DNA of 63,715 nucleotides, counting the filler. It is 10 parts of 10 records of this genome, joined end to end, with 100 filler letters (N's around TTAATTAATTAA, not from the genome) between each part and the next. Parts side by side here need not be neighbours in the genome. Positions count along the whole stretch, not along the records: positions 52,715 to 57,898 come from SRR31147125_36762; positions 57,999 to 63,715 come from SRR31147125_36777; 8 more parts are not named here. One strand, given 5' to 3'. The notes beneath the pieces were generated by a model. It was not told the origin of the DNA, ran no database searches, and saw only the letters and a program-made list of their open reading frames with translations. The translations under genes and the position numbers were made by a program. This document shows, piece after piece, positions 54,775 through 63,715 of this stretch; position 1 is the first letter of the stretch, and every line of letters begins with the position of its first letter.

Positions 54775-55482
54775 CTAGATCCAGCCCAACTCCTTGAATT
54801 TTTCTTCAAGTTGGTCGGCAATTTCCCTGGCAGTTTGATCGGCACGCCCCTCGATCTTGCTCTTGCCACTTTCCTCGCCATACACATTCATCCCGGTACT
54901 GACGATAAGGCCGGCTGGGTTGTGCATGGCAACCAAAGCGGCAACCCCCACTACCCCTCCCGGGGTTTTACCGCCACTGGCATCCAGTTCGGCACCACCT
55001 AGCTTGTGTAAACCCTTGGCCGTCATCTGGAAGCCTTCGACCATTGTCTTCAATTCCGAAGCCCCGGAACCCAAGCCGATGGCAACACGCTTTTTGGCAT
55101 CCCCCTTATCGATCGAGATGAGATGACCTCGGATGACAAGATCGTTGAGGGATGCCACGGACGAGGTTGAGGCCCGCTCCGCTGGCATACCCATTTCGCG
55201 GATCATCGCGACAAGATGCGCAGCAATCTCGGCGCCCAATTTTCGACCAGCCTCGATCTGTTCTGCGCTTTGAGGCGTTTTGTGCTCAGAATGCTGGCCG
55301 GCAAGCGCGGAATCTGCCGGCACATCGGCGGATGTGGCGGCAAAGTCGTAAACCAGGATGTGGTCGGGGCGGGGGATATTTCCCCCCGTGTACTCCTGGT
55401 GATTGCTAACCTTGGTCGAAGAACACCCGGCAACGACCAGCAAGGCAAACAGAAACAAAGCAATACGGCTGCGCATCTTCAT
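54775..55482 (-). CDS. Lipoprotein, DUF4410-like
   Basis: Lipobox VAGC; ILVYDF, IDKGD...RVAIGLGSG, GKTPG. Confidence 0.75.
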   Translation of the reverse strand: MKMRSRIALFLFALLVVAGCSSTKVSNHQEYTGGNIPRPDHILVYDFAATSADVPADSALAGQHSEHKTPQSAEQIEAGRKLGAEIAAHLVAMIREMGMPAERASTSSVASLNDLVIRGHLISIDKGDAKKRVAIGLGSGASELKTMVEGFQMTAKGLHKLGGAELDASGGKTPGGVVGVAALVAMHNPAGLIVSTGMNVYGEESGKSKIEGRADQTAREIADQLEEKFKELGWI

Positions 55483-56110
55483 CGGGAATCTCCTTTTTCT
55501 AAAGTTGTATAGCTTGGTGGATAGTTAACTATCTCAAACTTAACAAATTGGTCGCTCTCCACAAACGGTGACCTTTCCCCAAAACTGAATCATTGCTTGA
55601 TTAGTGATTGTGAGTTTTCTAAACATTCTTGGAAGTAAAAAGAAAACAAAAACTTCCGGTCTTCGTCACGCCGAAAGCAGCGGTCAGTATTTCTCTTCAC
55701 GTAGTTATTTTTTTTTGTGTGTTGCGTTCATTCTTCCACACCTCCAGAAAATCCATCAAATTTAAAAACTTTGAATGCCATCAGTATAGCATAAGAAATC
55801 AAAGGATTTACTATACTTGAAGTAGCGTCCGATTGTTTGGAAAAACTGAAGCAAGGCAGGATTGAAGAATTCTTACACCCCTTACAAAATAAGAATGGGC
55901 TGCGAAAAAAGTTGGGAAGGCCATACTCATTACGAAGTCAATTAACACACTACAATGGTTAACCTCATAAATGGGGACCACCTCTGGGGTTGGATATTCT
56001 CACTGGTCAGATAAAATTACAATATGGAGAAATTTTGATATTTTCAGTAATTCGAGCATTAGATGGATGACAGCCTGAAATATGGATTTTGGGAAGCTCA
56101 ACTTAAAGGA

Positions 56111-56580
56111 ATGAAGATAATGGAAAAAATAAAACCCAAAAAAGGAGAACCTTTAAACATTTTACTGGTGGAAGACAACCCGGCACATGCTGAACTGGTC
56201 TTTCGCAGTTTTGAGAGCCAGCGGGTCGCCAATAAGATATATCATGTGATGGATGGTGAAGAAGCTTTAGACTTTTTATTTCGTCGGAAAAACTATCAGG
56301 ACTCAGCAAAATCCCCAGGCCCCACGTCATTCTTCTTGATTTGCGCCTGCCGAAAATTGACGGCCTGGAAGTTCTCAAAGAAATAAAAATTGCGGAGGAC
56401 CTCAAACGCATTCCTGTGGTGGTTTTAACCACTTCACAAGCAGAAATTGATGCATCGAAAGCTTATGATTATCATGCGAACAGCTATCTGGTCAAACCGC
56501 TGGATTTTGAAAATTTCACAAAACTCATGGAGGAGTTGCAATTCTACTGGCTTTGCTGGAATTACAACCCTTGGTCATAA
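56111..56580 (+). CDS. Single-domain response regulator, Rcp1-like (frameshift in C4 run at 56313-56316)
   Basis: LLVEDN; one added C gives SPRPHVILLDLRLPKIDG; LTTS, ANSYLVKP. Confidence 0.88.
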
Positions 56581-56843
56581 ATATTTCAATACAGCAATCC
56601 CTCTCAAAAAAGTCTTAGTTTGTCGAGGATGAAAAAGAGAAGCGGTCTCTAAAATCTGAATAGTATCCAAAGGTGGAATACAGTCACACACAGCCAACAC
56701 TTTTTCGTTATTGCTTATCCTGTGTCAAACATGTTGTCCCGCCTCGTTTGAGATTTGACACAGGGGGTTTCTTCCCCAAAAAAACCTGAATACCGTTTTT
56801 CCAAAGGGTATCCAGGCCTTTTTATTTATGAGTAAAAAGAGGT

Positions 56844-57898
56844 TCAGTAACCATTCATTTCATTGAATTGCAGAAAATTCCAGATTTTTTCCATATTGGG
56901 CAGGACTCTGTCCTGATATATATCGAGGTATTCTTCAACGGTTGGAATTCGGCCAAGAATGGCGGTGATAGCCACAAGTTCGGCGGACCCGAGATAAACG
57001 CTGGTTTTATCTCCCATACGATTATCAAAATTTCGGGTTGAAGTTGAAAACACCGTTGATCCATCCGGTACTCGAGCCTGGTTTCCCATACACAGTGAAC
57101 AACCCGGTAATTCGATCCGCGCCCCCACAGAAGAAAAAACGGGGAAAAGTCCTTCTTCTTTCAGTTGTTCGTAATCCAGCCTGGTCGGCGGACAGAGCCA
57201 GACTCGGACATCGGGGTTGAATTTTTCACCTCTCCAGATTTCAGCAGCGGCTCGAAAATGCCCGATATTTGTCAAACATGAGCCGATAAATACATCCTGA
57301 ACGGGGGTCCCGGCGACGTCCGAAAGAAGGCGCACATCATCAGGATCATTCGGACAGGCGACTATAGGCTCCTGAATATCAGTAAGATCGATTTCAAGCA
57401 CGTCGGCATAATCGGCATTGGAATCGGCCTTTAATAGTTCGGGCTTTTTCAACCACTTCTTCATTTCAATAATGCGGTCTTTAAGCATTTGAGGGTCCTG
57501 ATATCCATCCTCAATCAACCGCCGCAAGAGCGCAAGGTTGGAACGAAGATTTTTGCGGACACTTCCCTCCGAGAGTTTAATACAACAGGCTGCCGCACTT
57601 CTTTCCGCGCTGGAGTTTGAAATCTCAAAAGCCTGTTCGTATGTCAGTTCAGACAAACCTTCAATTTCGATAATACGCCCATTAAACACGTTCATTTTAT
57701 TCTTTTTGGGTACGGTCAGGAAACCTTCCTGAATGGCCCGATAAGGAATGGCATTGACAAGATCGCGCAAAGTGATGCCCCGGTTAGGCAATCCCTTGAA
57801 CTTGACCAAAACCGACTCAGGCATTTCCAAAGGCATAAAGCCGACGGCACCGGCAAAAGCGACCAATCCCGATCCGGCGGGAAAGGAAATCCCCAAGG
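56844..57898 (-). CDS. acnB: Aconitate hydratase B, 5' truncated
   Basis: GISFPAGSGLVA, CPNDPDD, FIGSC, PGCSLCMGNQ, STSTRNF. Confidence 0.95.
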
Positions 57899-57998
57899 NN
57901 NNNNNNNNNNNNNNNNNNNNNNNNNNNNNNNNNNNNNNNNNNTTAATTAATTAANNNNNNNNNNNNNNNNNNNNNNNNNNNNNNNNNNNNNNNNNNNN

Positions 57999-58643
57999 AT
58001 TCCGCCGGAGCCGGACGGCAACCCCCTGCACCACACCCGGGATCTCCTGACAAACAGGCACTTCTGGGTGTTCGCCCTGGCCATGGTCTGCGGCGGCGGA
58101 GTGGAAGCGGCCTACACATTCTGGAGCGCCAGTTACATCCAGATCTATTACGATGCGGTTCCCCGGGCGGGTGCGATCGGAACGGCTTTCTTCGCCTCGG
58201 GGATGATCGCCGGGCGGATGGCCGGAGGGCTGGTTCACCAGGACAGGCTCCATATCCTGATCCTCCTTTCGGCCCTGGCGGGATTTGCCGTCAGTTTCGG
58301 ATTCTTCTGGATCACCTCCATGACGGCCCTGTTCATCCTGCTCTTCCTGGCCGGCCTGGCATGCGCCTGTTTCTGGCCCAGTATTCAGTCCTACGCGGCG
58401 GACCGGCTGAAGGGGGACTCCACCATGATGTTCATCCTCCTCTCCGCCATGGGAATACCAGGCTTTGCCATCATAACCTGGACAATGGGGAAGATCGGGG
58501 ATCTCTACGGCCTGAGAACCGCCTTCGGAGTCATTCCCGTTCTGTTTCTCCTCCTGGCCGCTACGATCCTGGCAGACCGGAAGATCGGCCGGGAAAGGCT
58601 GTCCAAACCCCGGCCGGAGTCGGAGAAAACCACCTGGATCTGA
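57999..58643 (+). CDS. MFS transporter, 5' truncated
   Basis: About 6 TM segments, GMIAGR, FWPSIQSY. Confidence 0.8.
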   Translation: MPPEPDGNPLHHTRDLLTNRHFWVFALAMVCGGGVEAAYTFWSASYIQIYYDAVPRAGAIGTAFFASGMIAGRMAGGLVHQDRLHILILLSALAGFAVSFGFFWITSMTALFILLFLAGLACACFWPSIQSYAADRLKGDSTMMFILLSAMGIPGFAIITWTMGKIGDLYGLRTAFGVIPVLFLLLAATILADRKIGRERLSKPRPESEKTTWI

Positions 58644-58668
58644 ACAGCGTAACTGGTCCTGCAGAATA

Positions 58669-59508
58669 CTACGGCTCTTCAGGCCTGATCCGGTACTCCC
58701 GGCTGTACTGCCGGGGACTGAGCCCGCTGTTCTTTTTAAAGACCTTGCTGAAATGGTAGGGATCCCGGTATCCCAGCTGATCGGCGACTTCTGAAACAGA
58801 GACATCTCTCCGGACCAGCAGCTCCGAAGCCCGGCGGATCCGGAGGGTTTCCAGATAATCCCGGGGTGACCGGCCGGTCTTCTGCTGAAAGAGGTCCCGG
58901 AAACGGTTGACGCTCAGACTGCAGAAATCCGCCATCTCCCGGACGGTCCACCACCGGCGGAGCTCCCGGTGCATCTCCCGGATCAGCAGATCCATGGAAG
59001 TGTCGTGTCCCGTATCGATCCGGCCGGAACGGCTTTCCAGGTAGAGGTCGGTCAGGAATTTGATAAACTCCCCGTTTACCCGCAGCTGCCCGTCATCCGT
59101 CGGATCCTCCGCCATATCCATATAGGGCAGAAGACGCCTCGCCTTGCCTATGGTTAAAAGTCCGGTCCCGAGAACCCCCGCCCGCAGAAGATGATCCGCC
59201 ACCGGGCCGCTGAAGCATATGTAGTCTTCCACATAGTTCCTCCCGTGCCCTCCGTAGCTGTGGACCGCGCCGGGTGGAATCAGAACACCCTCCCCTGCGG
59301 AAAAATATCGGATCTCTCCTCCGGGCGTCCAGAACCAGGCCTCCCCCTCGATCAGGTGGGACAGGGAGTAGAACCGGAATGTCCGGGGACAGGGCGCCTT
59401 CATGGGCGGATAACTCGCATGCCTCTGAAAGGCGCATATCCGGAATCCCGCCTTCCGGTGGATCTCCTTGCTCACCGGGATAGGCCGGGATGACCTGTAT
59501 TTGTTCAC
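58669..59508 (-). CDS. AraC-family regulator (cupin plus HTH)
   Basis: PPGAVHSY; LGYRDPYHFSKVFKK...SPRQY. Confidence 0.9.
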   Translation of the reverse strand: MNKYRSSRPIPVSKEIHRKAGFRICAFQRHASYPPMKAPCPRTFRFYSLSHLIEGEAWFWTPGGEIRYFSAGEGVLIPPGAVHSYGGHGRNYVEDYICFSGPVADHLLRAGVLGTGLLTIGKARRLLPYMDMAEDPTDDGQLRVNGEFIKFLTDLYLESRSGRIDTGHDTSMDLLIREMHRELRRWWTVREMADFCSLSVNRFRDLFQQKTGRSPRDYLETLRIRRASELLVRRDVSVSEVADQLGYRDPYHFSKVFKKNSGLSPRQYSREYRIRPEEP

Positions 59509-59638
59509 TCATGTTTCATATATACACCCGGAAGCTGAGGGCAGCAAGGAAAAATTGTGTTTTTTGACATCTTTTCATATCATATTTCCATCCAACGAAC
59601 AGGAGAACCGGGAGTAAATTAAAGCAGGAGGACAAATT

Positions 59639-61177
59639 ATGAATGACTTCAACATTATCCCGGATGTAGGAAGCCTGGAACTGATGAAAGGCTTTTTTAC
59701 CATAAAAGGATGTATTTCCGTAAAGTCCGATTCCCGGGCGGCGGAAAAGCAGGCGGAACTTCTGAAGGAATACCTGACCGCGGCGGGGATTGTCAGCAGC
59801 GATATCATGGGACCGGGGATCACCCTGAATGTCCTGAAGGAGTCCGAATACGATTCAGCCGGATTCTGCGATGAGAGCTACCGGATCGAAGCGGCTTCGG
59901 GAGGGGTCCTCCTGGAGGGGAGTACCGCCGAGGGACTGGCCAGGGCTGTTCAGACCTTCCGGCAGATCCTGCTGACAGGCCGGGAGACCGGCAGGGATGA
60001 GATCAGGATTCCTTGCTGCCGGATTCAGGATTCCCCCCGGTTCCGCTGGAGGGGCATCCATCTGGATGTATCACGCCACTTTTTCACCCCCGACGAGGTC
60101 TGCCGTCTCATCGACCTGATCGCCCTGCACCGGTACAACCGTCTGCATCTGCACCTGACAGACGATCAGGGGTGGCGGGTTCAGATCCGCAAATACCCGC
60201 GGCTCACCGAAACCGGTTCCCGCCGGAAAGAGACCCAGAAAGGGCACCTGAACAAAAAGCCCCTCCGGTTTGACAGCGCGGAGTACGGCGGATTCTATAC
60301 ACAGGATGATATCCGCCGGATTGTGGATTTTGCCGCCGCCCGGGAGATCGTCATCGTGCCGGAAATAGACATGCCCGGTCACATGCAGGCAGCCATCGCA
60401 GCCTACCCGGAACTGGGCTGCACAGGACACCCGGCGGAGGTCCGGACCATATGGGGGATCAGCCAGGACATCCTGAATACCGAAGCATCCACACTCGGCA
60501 TGATGAAGGATATCCTCAGTGAGATAATGGAACTCTTTCCAGGCAGGTTCATTCATATCGGCGGCGACGAAGTTCCCAAATACAACTGGGAGAACAGCCG
60601 GAGGGTACAGGAGAGAATGGCCGAAGCAGGTGTGAGCAGCGAGGAGGAGATGCAGAGCTGGTTCATCCGTCAGATGGACGATTTCATTACCGCATCAGGG
60701 CGCAGGACCATCGGCTGGGATGAGATTCTGGAAGGAGGCCTGGCGGACAACGCCGCCGTTATGAGCTGGCGGGGAGAAGACGGCGGGATCCAGGCGGCAA
60801 AGATGGGCCACGAAGTGGTCATGACTCCCTGGTCCCACACCTATTTCGATCACTACCAGGATCTTCCGGAAGAAGAGGAACCCCTGGCTATAGGCGGCTT
60901 CCTCCCGGTCTCGAAGGTCTACTCCTACGAACCGGTGCCGGCGGACCTGACGGATGAGCAGAGCCGGCTGGTACTCGGCTCCCAGGGACAGCTGTGGACC
61001 GAATACATCCCCCACCGGGACCAGCTGGACTATATGGCCTTCCCGCGGGCCTGTGCCCTGGCGGAGGTCCTCTGGCTGCCGAAGGAGGAAAAGAACTACG
61101 GTGATTTTCTGATCCGGCTGAAAGAGCACCGGACAAGGCTGTCCGCCCTCGGGGTCAACGCCCATCCCCGACCTTAA
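59639..61177 (+). CDS. Beta-N-acetylhexosaminidase (GH20)
   Basis: HLDVSRHF, HLTDDQGWR, PEIDMPGH, HIGGDE, LWTE, FPR. Confidence 0.95.
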   Translation: MNDFNIIPDVGSLELMKGFFTIKGCISVKSDSRAAEKQAELLKEYLTAAGIVSSDIMGPGITLNVLKESEYDSAGFCDESYRIEAASGGVLLEGSTAEGLARAVQTFRQILLTGRETGRDEIRIPCCRIQDSPRFRWRGIHLDVSRHFFTPDEVCRLIDLIALHRYNRLHLHLTDDQGWRVQIRKYPRLTETGSRRKETQKGHLNKKPLRFDSAEYGGFYTQDDIRRIVDFAAAREIVIVPEIDMPGHMQAAIAAYPELGCTGHPAEVRTIWGISQDILNTEASTLGMMKDILSEIMELFPGRFIHIGGDEVPKYNWENSRRVQERMAEAGVSSEEEMQSWFIRQMDDFITASGRRTIGWDEILEGGLADNAAVMSWRGEDGGIQAAKMGHEVVMTPWSHTYFDHYQDLPEEEEPLAIGGFLPVSKVYSYEPVPADLTDEQSRLVLGSQGQLWTEYIPHRDQLDYMAFPRACALAEVLWLPKEEKNYGDFLIRLKEHRTRLSALGVNAHPRP

Positions 61178-61187
61178 ACGGGTCTTT

Positions 61188-61217
61188 CGGGAGCGCCGGT
61201 TTCACACCGGCGTTCCG
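61188..61217. terminator. Hairpin between convergent genes
   Basis: CGGGAGCGCCGGT-TTCAC-ACCGGCGTTCCG. Confidence 0.5.
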
Positions 61218-61257
61218 TAAGCCCCGGGGCCGCTCGGGACCGCCTCCGGGCGGTACC

Positions 61258-61812
61258 TCAGCTCCGGGGGATCAGCTCCTTCCTGTAGGAAATCTTTCCC
61301 CCGGGGATATCATAGATCTCCATGACGAAGCTGTCCGTTTCATACCCCTTCTCAACAGCAAAGCGGTTGAGGGCGGGATAGACCTTCATCAGGCTGAACA
61401 TCACGGACATCTTCCCGCGGTAGGGGAACTCCGCGGTGATGTACTCCCGGACCGGAAACTCCTTTACCTTGTACAGCTCTTTCAAAAGGGTCAGCTGTTC
61501 AAGATCCGTCTCCTCCAGAACACAGCCCGCTTCGGAACGGAGATTGTCCTTCTCCACCTTCCGGGGATCGTCATAATAGAGACCGAAACCTTTATATGTT
61601 TCGATCTCCCGGTCATTGAGAAGACTGTAATAGATCCTGTCCATCACGGCGCCGCTCTGCCTGTAATCCCCCCTGATCTCATCATAAACGAGGGTCTCTC
61701 CGCCGGCCTGCGCTACTTTGACCGCAACCGTCCGGAACCCGCCGAAACGGGCATAGATAATTACCAGGAAGAGGATAATCGCCAGAGGAAGGGCTATGAG
61801 TATGATTTTCAT
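61258..61812 (-). CDS. Membrane-anchored GyrI-like ligand-binding protein
   Basis: N-terminal TM; GDY, GLYYDDP...RSEAG, MEIY; AGGAG RBS. Confidence 0.8.
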   Translation of the reverse strand: MKIILIALPLAIILFLVIIYARFGGFRTVAVKVAQAGGETLVYDEIRGDYRQSGAVMDRIYYSLLNDREIETYKGFGLYYDDPRKVEKDNLRSEAGCVLEETDLEQLTLLKELYKVKEFPVREYITAEFPYRGKMSVMFSLMKVYPALNRFAVEKGYETDSFVMEIYDIPGGKISYRKELIPRS

Positions 61813-61878
61813 TTTTTGTCTCCTGATGGGGGTGTCATTCATCCTTGCATGATAACCCGCGGAGAGGAGAAAATCTTT

Positions 61879-62733
61879 TCAAATATTGCGAACAGGCAGG
61901 CAGAGATCGACCCGGAAGATTCCTTCCCGGTACCGCTCGGAGGGATAGTAGAGTTCCAGATGTGGCCGGTTGTCGGGAATCCAGCTGCCGTTGATCAGCC
62001 AATTACTGAAAACCGACTCCCAGGCGGCATCGAACTGTTCGCCCCGGCCCTCGAAAGGAAAAAGGGCATACATGCCGCTCTCCAGAGTTTTGAGATTGAA
62101 GGAACTGTCAGGCTCCAGGAGGAACCTGTCGTCCACCTGCAGGCAGGCATCGTACCGGCACTTGCCGGCGGGCGTGTAGTCGGGATCATCGTATCCGATT
62201 CCCACCGACTGCGCTCCGGGGCCCGCAAGTCCCCGGGGCAGGGCAAAGTCGTAGAGAGACTGAAAGGCTGGCCCGATGACCGAGGAATCATACCCCGTAT
62301 CGATCCGGACATACAGCAGGCGCATGTCGTCCAGCCGGCGTATTTCACGGAAGGGAACCTCGGGCAAATCCCTCTCTTCCGGATCCGGTTTCAGGGGATG
62401 AAAAGACTCCCGGCCCGCCCGGGAGGGGGAAAGGCCGTAATATTCCCGGAAATCCCGGGAAAAATTGGCTCCCGAACTGTATCCAAGATCCAGTGCCAGA
62501 TCGGTCAGTGTCCCGGTAGTGCCCATGCGGATCATCCTGGCGGCCTGCTCCAGCCTCTGCCGCCGTATATACCCGTTCAGGGTCTCGCCGGTGACGGATT
62601 TGAAAACTCTGTGAAAATGATATTTGGAGAAGCAGGACACATCAGCCAGGATCTCCAGAGAAAGCTTGTCTCCCAGATGGCCGTCGATGTAGTCCATCAC
62701 GGCATTGACCCGGCTGCGGTAGAAGGGATTCAA
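61879..62733 (-). CDS. AraC regulator with a GyrI-like effector domain
   Basis: FSKYHFHRVF, NFSRDF; GIGYDDP...CRYDAC, WL...LELY. Confidence 0.92.
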   Translation of the reverse strand: MNPFYRSRVNAVMDYIDGHLGDKLSLEILADVSCFSKYHFHRVFKSVTGETLNGYIRRQRLEQAARMIRMGTTGTLTDLALDLGYSSGANFSRDFREYYGLSPSRAGRESFHPLKPDPEERDLPEVPFREIRRLDDMRLLYVRIDTGYDSSVIGPAFQSLYDFALPRGLAGPGAQSVGIGYDDPDYTPAGKCRYDACLQVDDRFLLEPDSSFNLKTLESGMYALFPFEGRGEQFDAAWESVFSNWLINGSWIPDNRPHLELYYPSERYREGIFRVDLCLPVRNI

Positions 62734-62744
62734 GGGAGCCGGAC

Positions 62745-63296
62745 CTACCGCCTTTTCAGAATCCCGTCCAGAGCCTTCTCCAGCTCTTCCCGGGTGATAT
62801 TGTAGTGATTCAGACGGGCAAGGAACTGCTTGGTGTTCCCGTAACCTATTCTGAGACGTGCGCCCACGGCCTGCCTCAGATCCCGGGAACCCGCATCGCC
62901 CGACAGACCGTAATAATCCATATCTTTCAGGGTGAATTCCTGCCGCTCTTCCACCAGCTTGTAGCGGGCTTTCTCCAGGGCGGCCCGGATGGCTTCGGGA
63001 GTGGCATTCTCCACACCGATATTATCCCCTTTCGTTCCCTCTGTCCGGGAGATATAGGCGTGTTTGACCCTGGGGACAGCCTTTTCGATGGTCTCGCGGA
63101 TCTGACGGCCCGCATAGTCCGGATCGGTCAGGACGATCACCCCTACCCGTTCACTGGCAAATCGGATCTTTTCCAGGGTGACGGCCGAACGGACAGCAAA
63201 ACCGTGAACCGGCAGGACCTCGGCCTGGACCGCCTTTTTTACGGCGGCCACATCGTCGACGCCCTCTACTACTATCAGTTCCTGTATGGTCAGCAT
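62745..63296 (-). CDS. rnmV: Ribonuclease M5
   Basis: TOPRIM IVVEGVDD, LTDPDYAG, GVENA, IGYGN. Confidence 0.92.
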   Translation of the reverse strand: MLTIQELIVVEGVDDVAAVKKAVQAEVLPVHGFAVRSAVTLEKIRFASERVGVIVLTDPDYAGRQIRETIEKAVPRVKHAYISRTEGTKGDNIGVENATPEAIRAALEKARYKLVEERQEFTLKDMDYYGLSGDAGSRDLRQAVGARLRIGYGNTKQFLARLNHYNITREELEKALDGILKRR

Positions 63297-63303
63297 ATTC
63301 CGT

Positions 63304-63715
63304 TTAACCGGTTCCGGACCGGTTTCCCCTGTCAATTATTTTCTTCATGATCACTAGATTGAATCCCGCCTCCAGGCAGTAGGACTCCCTGTGAGGCCGG
63401 TACCCCATGGACCGGTAAAGCTCCTGATTATGCTCCGCCCAGACCGGCGTGTCCAGTCCCCACTCCCGGATTTCCGGGTACATTCCCTCAAGGAGATGAA
63501 AAACCCGCCGGCCGAGGCCGCGCCCTGCAGATCCGACCGGATAAAAACCCGGTTGATCCACCCCCGGCGGCTGTCCTTGATGGTGCAGAAGACACCTCCC
63601 GCCATGCGGTCTTCAAACATGACCTTGTAGAGCCTGCCCCGGGCTGAGGCCTCGCGGTGCCACTGAAGGCTGTCATACCCTTCGGGGCCTCCCCCTCCGT
63701 GGGGTGAGTGCTGCA
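63304..63715 (-). CDS. GNAT acetyltransferase, 5' truncated, two 1-nt frameshifts
   Basis: Joined frames give PEGYDSLQWH...INRVFI...QGRGLG...LDTPVW...YRSMGY. Confidence 0.75.

Noticed and set aside
55513-56060. Hidden gene or ncRNA in the long intergenic region before the response regulator
   Set aside because: Only short ORFs without an RBS or family motifs, and no convincing structure

Overview
This window is not one locus. It is ten unrelated contigs joined by identical 100-nt spacers (N44-TTAATTAATTAA-N44), so gene context is only valid within each contig. (1) 1-5228, AT-rich bacterium: OmpR/histidine kinase pair, HD-GYP, ldhA. (2) 5329-11630, a gene-dense eukaryote (probably a protist) with short GT-AG introns: divergent myosin with IQ and ELMO-type PH tail, WDR18/IPI3, F-box-ankyrin, AKAP17A-like. 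(3) 11731-17229, Bacteroidota: miaA, smpB, two envelope proteins, ercA and the start of an ercS-like gene. (4) 17330-23391: TetR, LolA-like, beta-barrel, MMPL. (5) 23492-29410, Desulfuromonadales-like: dctM, glcD, glcF, DUF6282, ilvH, ilvB. (6) 29511-36909: Wzx plus large secreted proteins with C-terminal sorting domains. (7) 37010-42264, Clostridia: ispG, polC. (8) 42365-52614, AT-rich bacterium: HutP, two pepD, nitroreductase, MarR, beta-glucoside PTS, MNT-HEPN. (9) 52715-57898: cfa, DUF4410, response regulator, acnB. (10) 57999-63715, spirochaete-like: MFS, AraC, GH20, GyrI pair, rnmV, GNAT. At least nine bacterial genes are broken by 1-nt indels in homopolymers, which points to sequencing error and not pseudogenes. 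I saw no CRISPR array, tRNA or rRNA. The best novelty candidate is the spliced divergent myosin fused to an ELMO-type PH module, which the ORF track does not show as a single protein. All family and taxon assignments are by motif recognition, not database search.
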